Under the pieces are notes generated by a model. That model searched no databases. It was not told the DNA's origin and saw nothing but the letters and a program-made list of their open reading frames with translations. From the human T2T-CHM13v2.0 reference genome, Homo sapiens, in NCBI RefSeq assembly GCF_009914755.1, contig NC_060932.1: a DNA stretch of 64,000 bases. One strand, given 5' to 3'. The number at the start of each line of letters is the position of its first letter. The stretch's first letter is position 1. Of this stretch, positions 63,321 to 64,000 are shown piece after piece. A program made the position numbers and the translations under genes.

Positions 63321-63652
63321 TACCACATAATGCTGTTTTGGTCAATAACAGACTCCATATACAACAATAGTCTCATTATCATACTGTGCTTTTCCTGTAC
63401 CTTTTCTATATTTAGATATGTTTAAATACATATATACTTATTGTGTTGTAATTGCCTGCAGTATTTAGTATGGTAACAAGCTGTACAGGTTTGTAGTCTA
63501 GGAGCAATAAGCTATATCAAATAGCCTAGGTATATAATAGGCTACCCCATCTAGGTTTGTGTGAGTACACTCTGTAATCTTTGCACAATGACGAAATCAC
63601 CTAACAATGCATTTCTCAGAACATATCCCTGTCGTTGAGCAATGTATGACTG
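63312..63652. mobile_element. MER47A-like TcMar-Tigger MITE
   Basis: Degenerate TIRs cagtaatg.../...tatgactg; gctgtacaggtttgtag.ctaggagcaata; aatgcatttctcagaac. Confidence 0.75.
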
Positions 63653-64000
63653 TATATAGTTTAGTAGATTTTTGGAAATTAGTAATCATGATGCTATTTT
63701 TAATCAAATGACTTGCATAAGAAACAATACCAGGGTGGAAATAAATAGAATTGGATTGCAGTATAAGTTATTTCATAACGTGCTAATACATTTCTACATA
63801 TTTCAATGCATGTGTAAAAATCAATATGCAAATTTTAGGATACTTTTCTCTAGGCCAGAGAACTGTTTAATCCATTAGGATTTAACAAAAAGTAAGAATT
63901 TTTGGAGATGTGGCTGATAAAGTCTAAAGTCTCAAATAGTTTTGTTTCCATTTTATTGTTTATGTTTCATTATTGTTTGTTAATTTTGTTTGGTTTTGGA

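Overview
This is primate, almost certainly human, genomic DNA: an AT-rich, mostly intronic stretch of RIMS2 (RIM2, a presynaptic active-zone scaffold) on the + strand. Five exons with GT-AG boundaries (12929-13085, 26883-26999, 35766-35831, 51017-51196, 52081-52190) translate into the linker between C2A and C2B and end in the RIM-BP-binding RQLPQLP motif. Most of the rest is Alu, L1, L2, MIR, LTR and DNA-transposon sequence; I see no other recognisable gene, and the ORF-track entries I could assign are repeat-derived. The standout signal is a repeat-poor region at 52.5-58.8 kb. There, up to ten tiny candidate exons (14-74 nt) have splice phases that chain into one stop-free, Glu-rich reading frame. 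They reuse the same unusual splice-site words (gtctgt x3, GC-type gcaagt x2, caag|TAC x2, ataaag| x3), and the chain may have its own Kozak ATG, stop codon and polyA signal. This is a sequence-only prediction and may already be partly annotated. Repeat family names and repeat boundaries were assigned by eye and are approximate.
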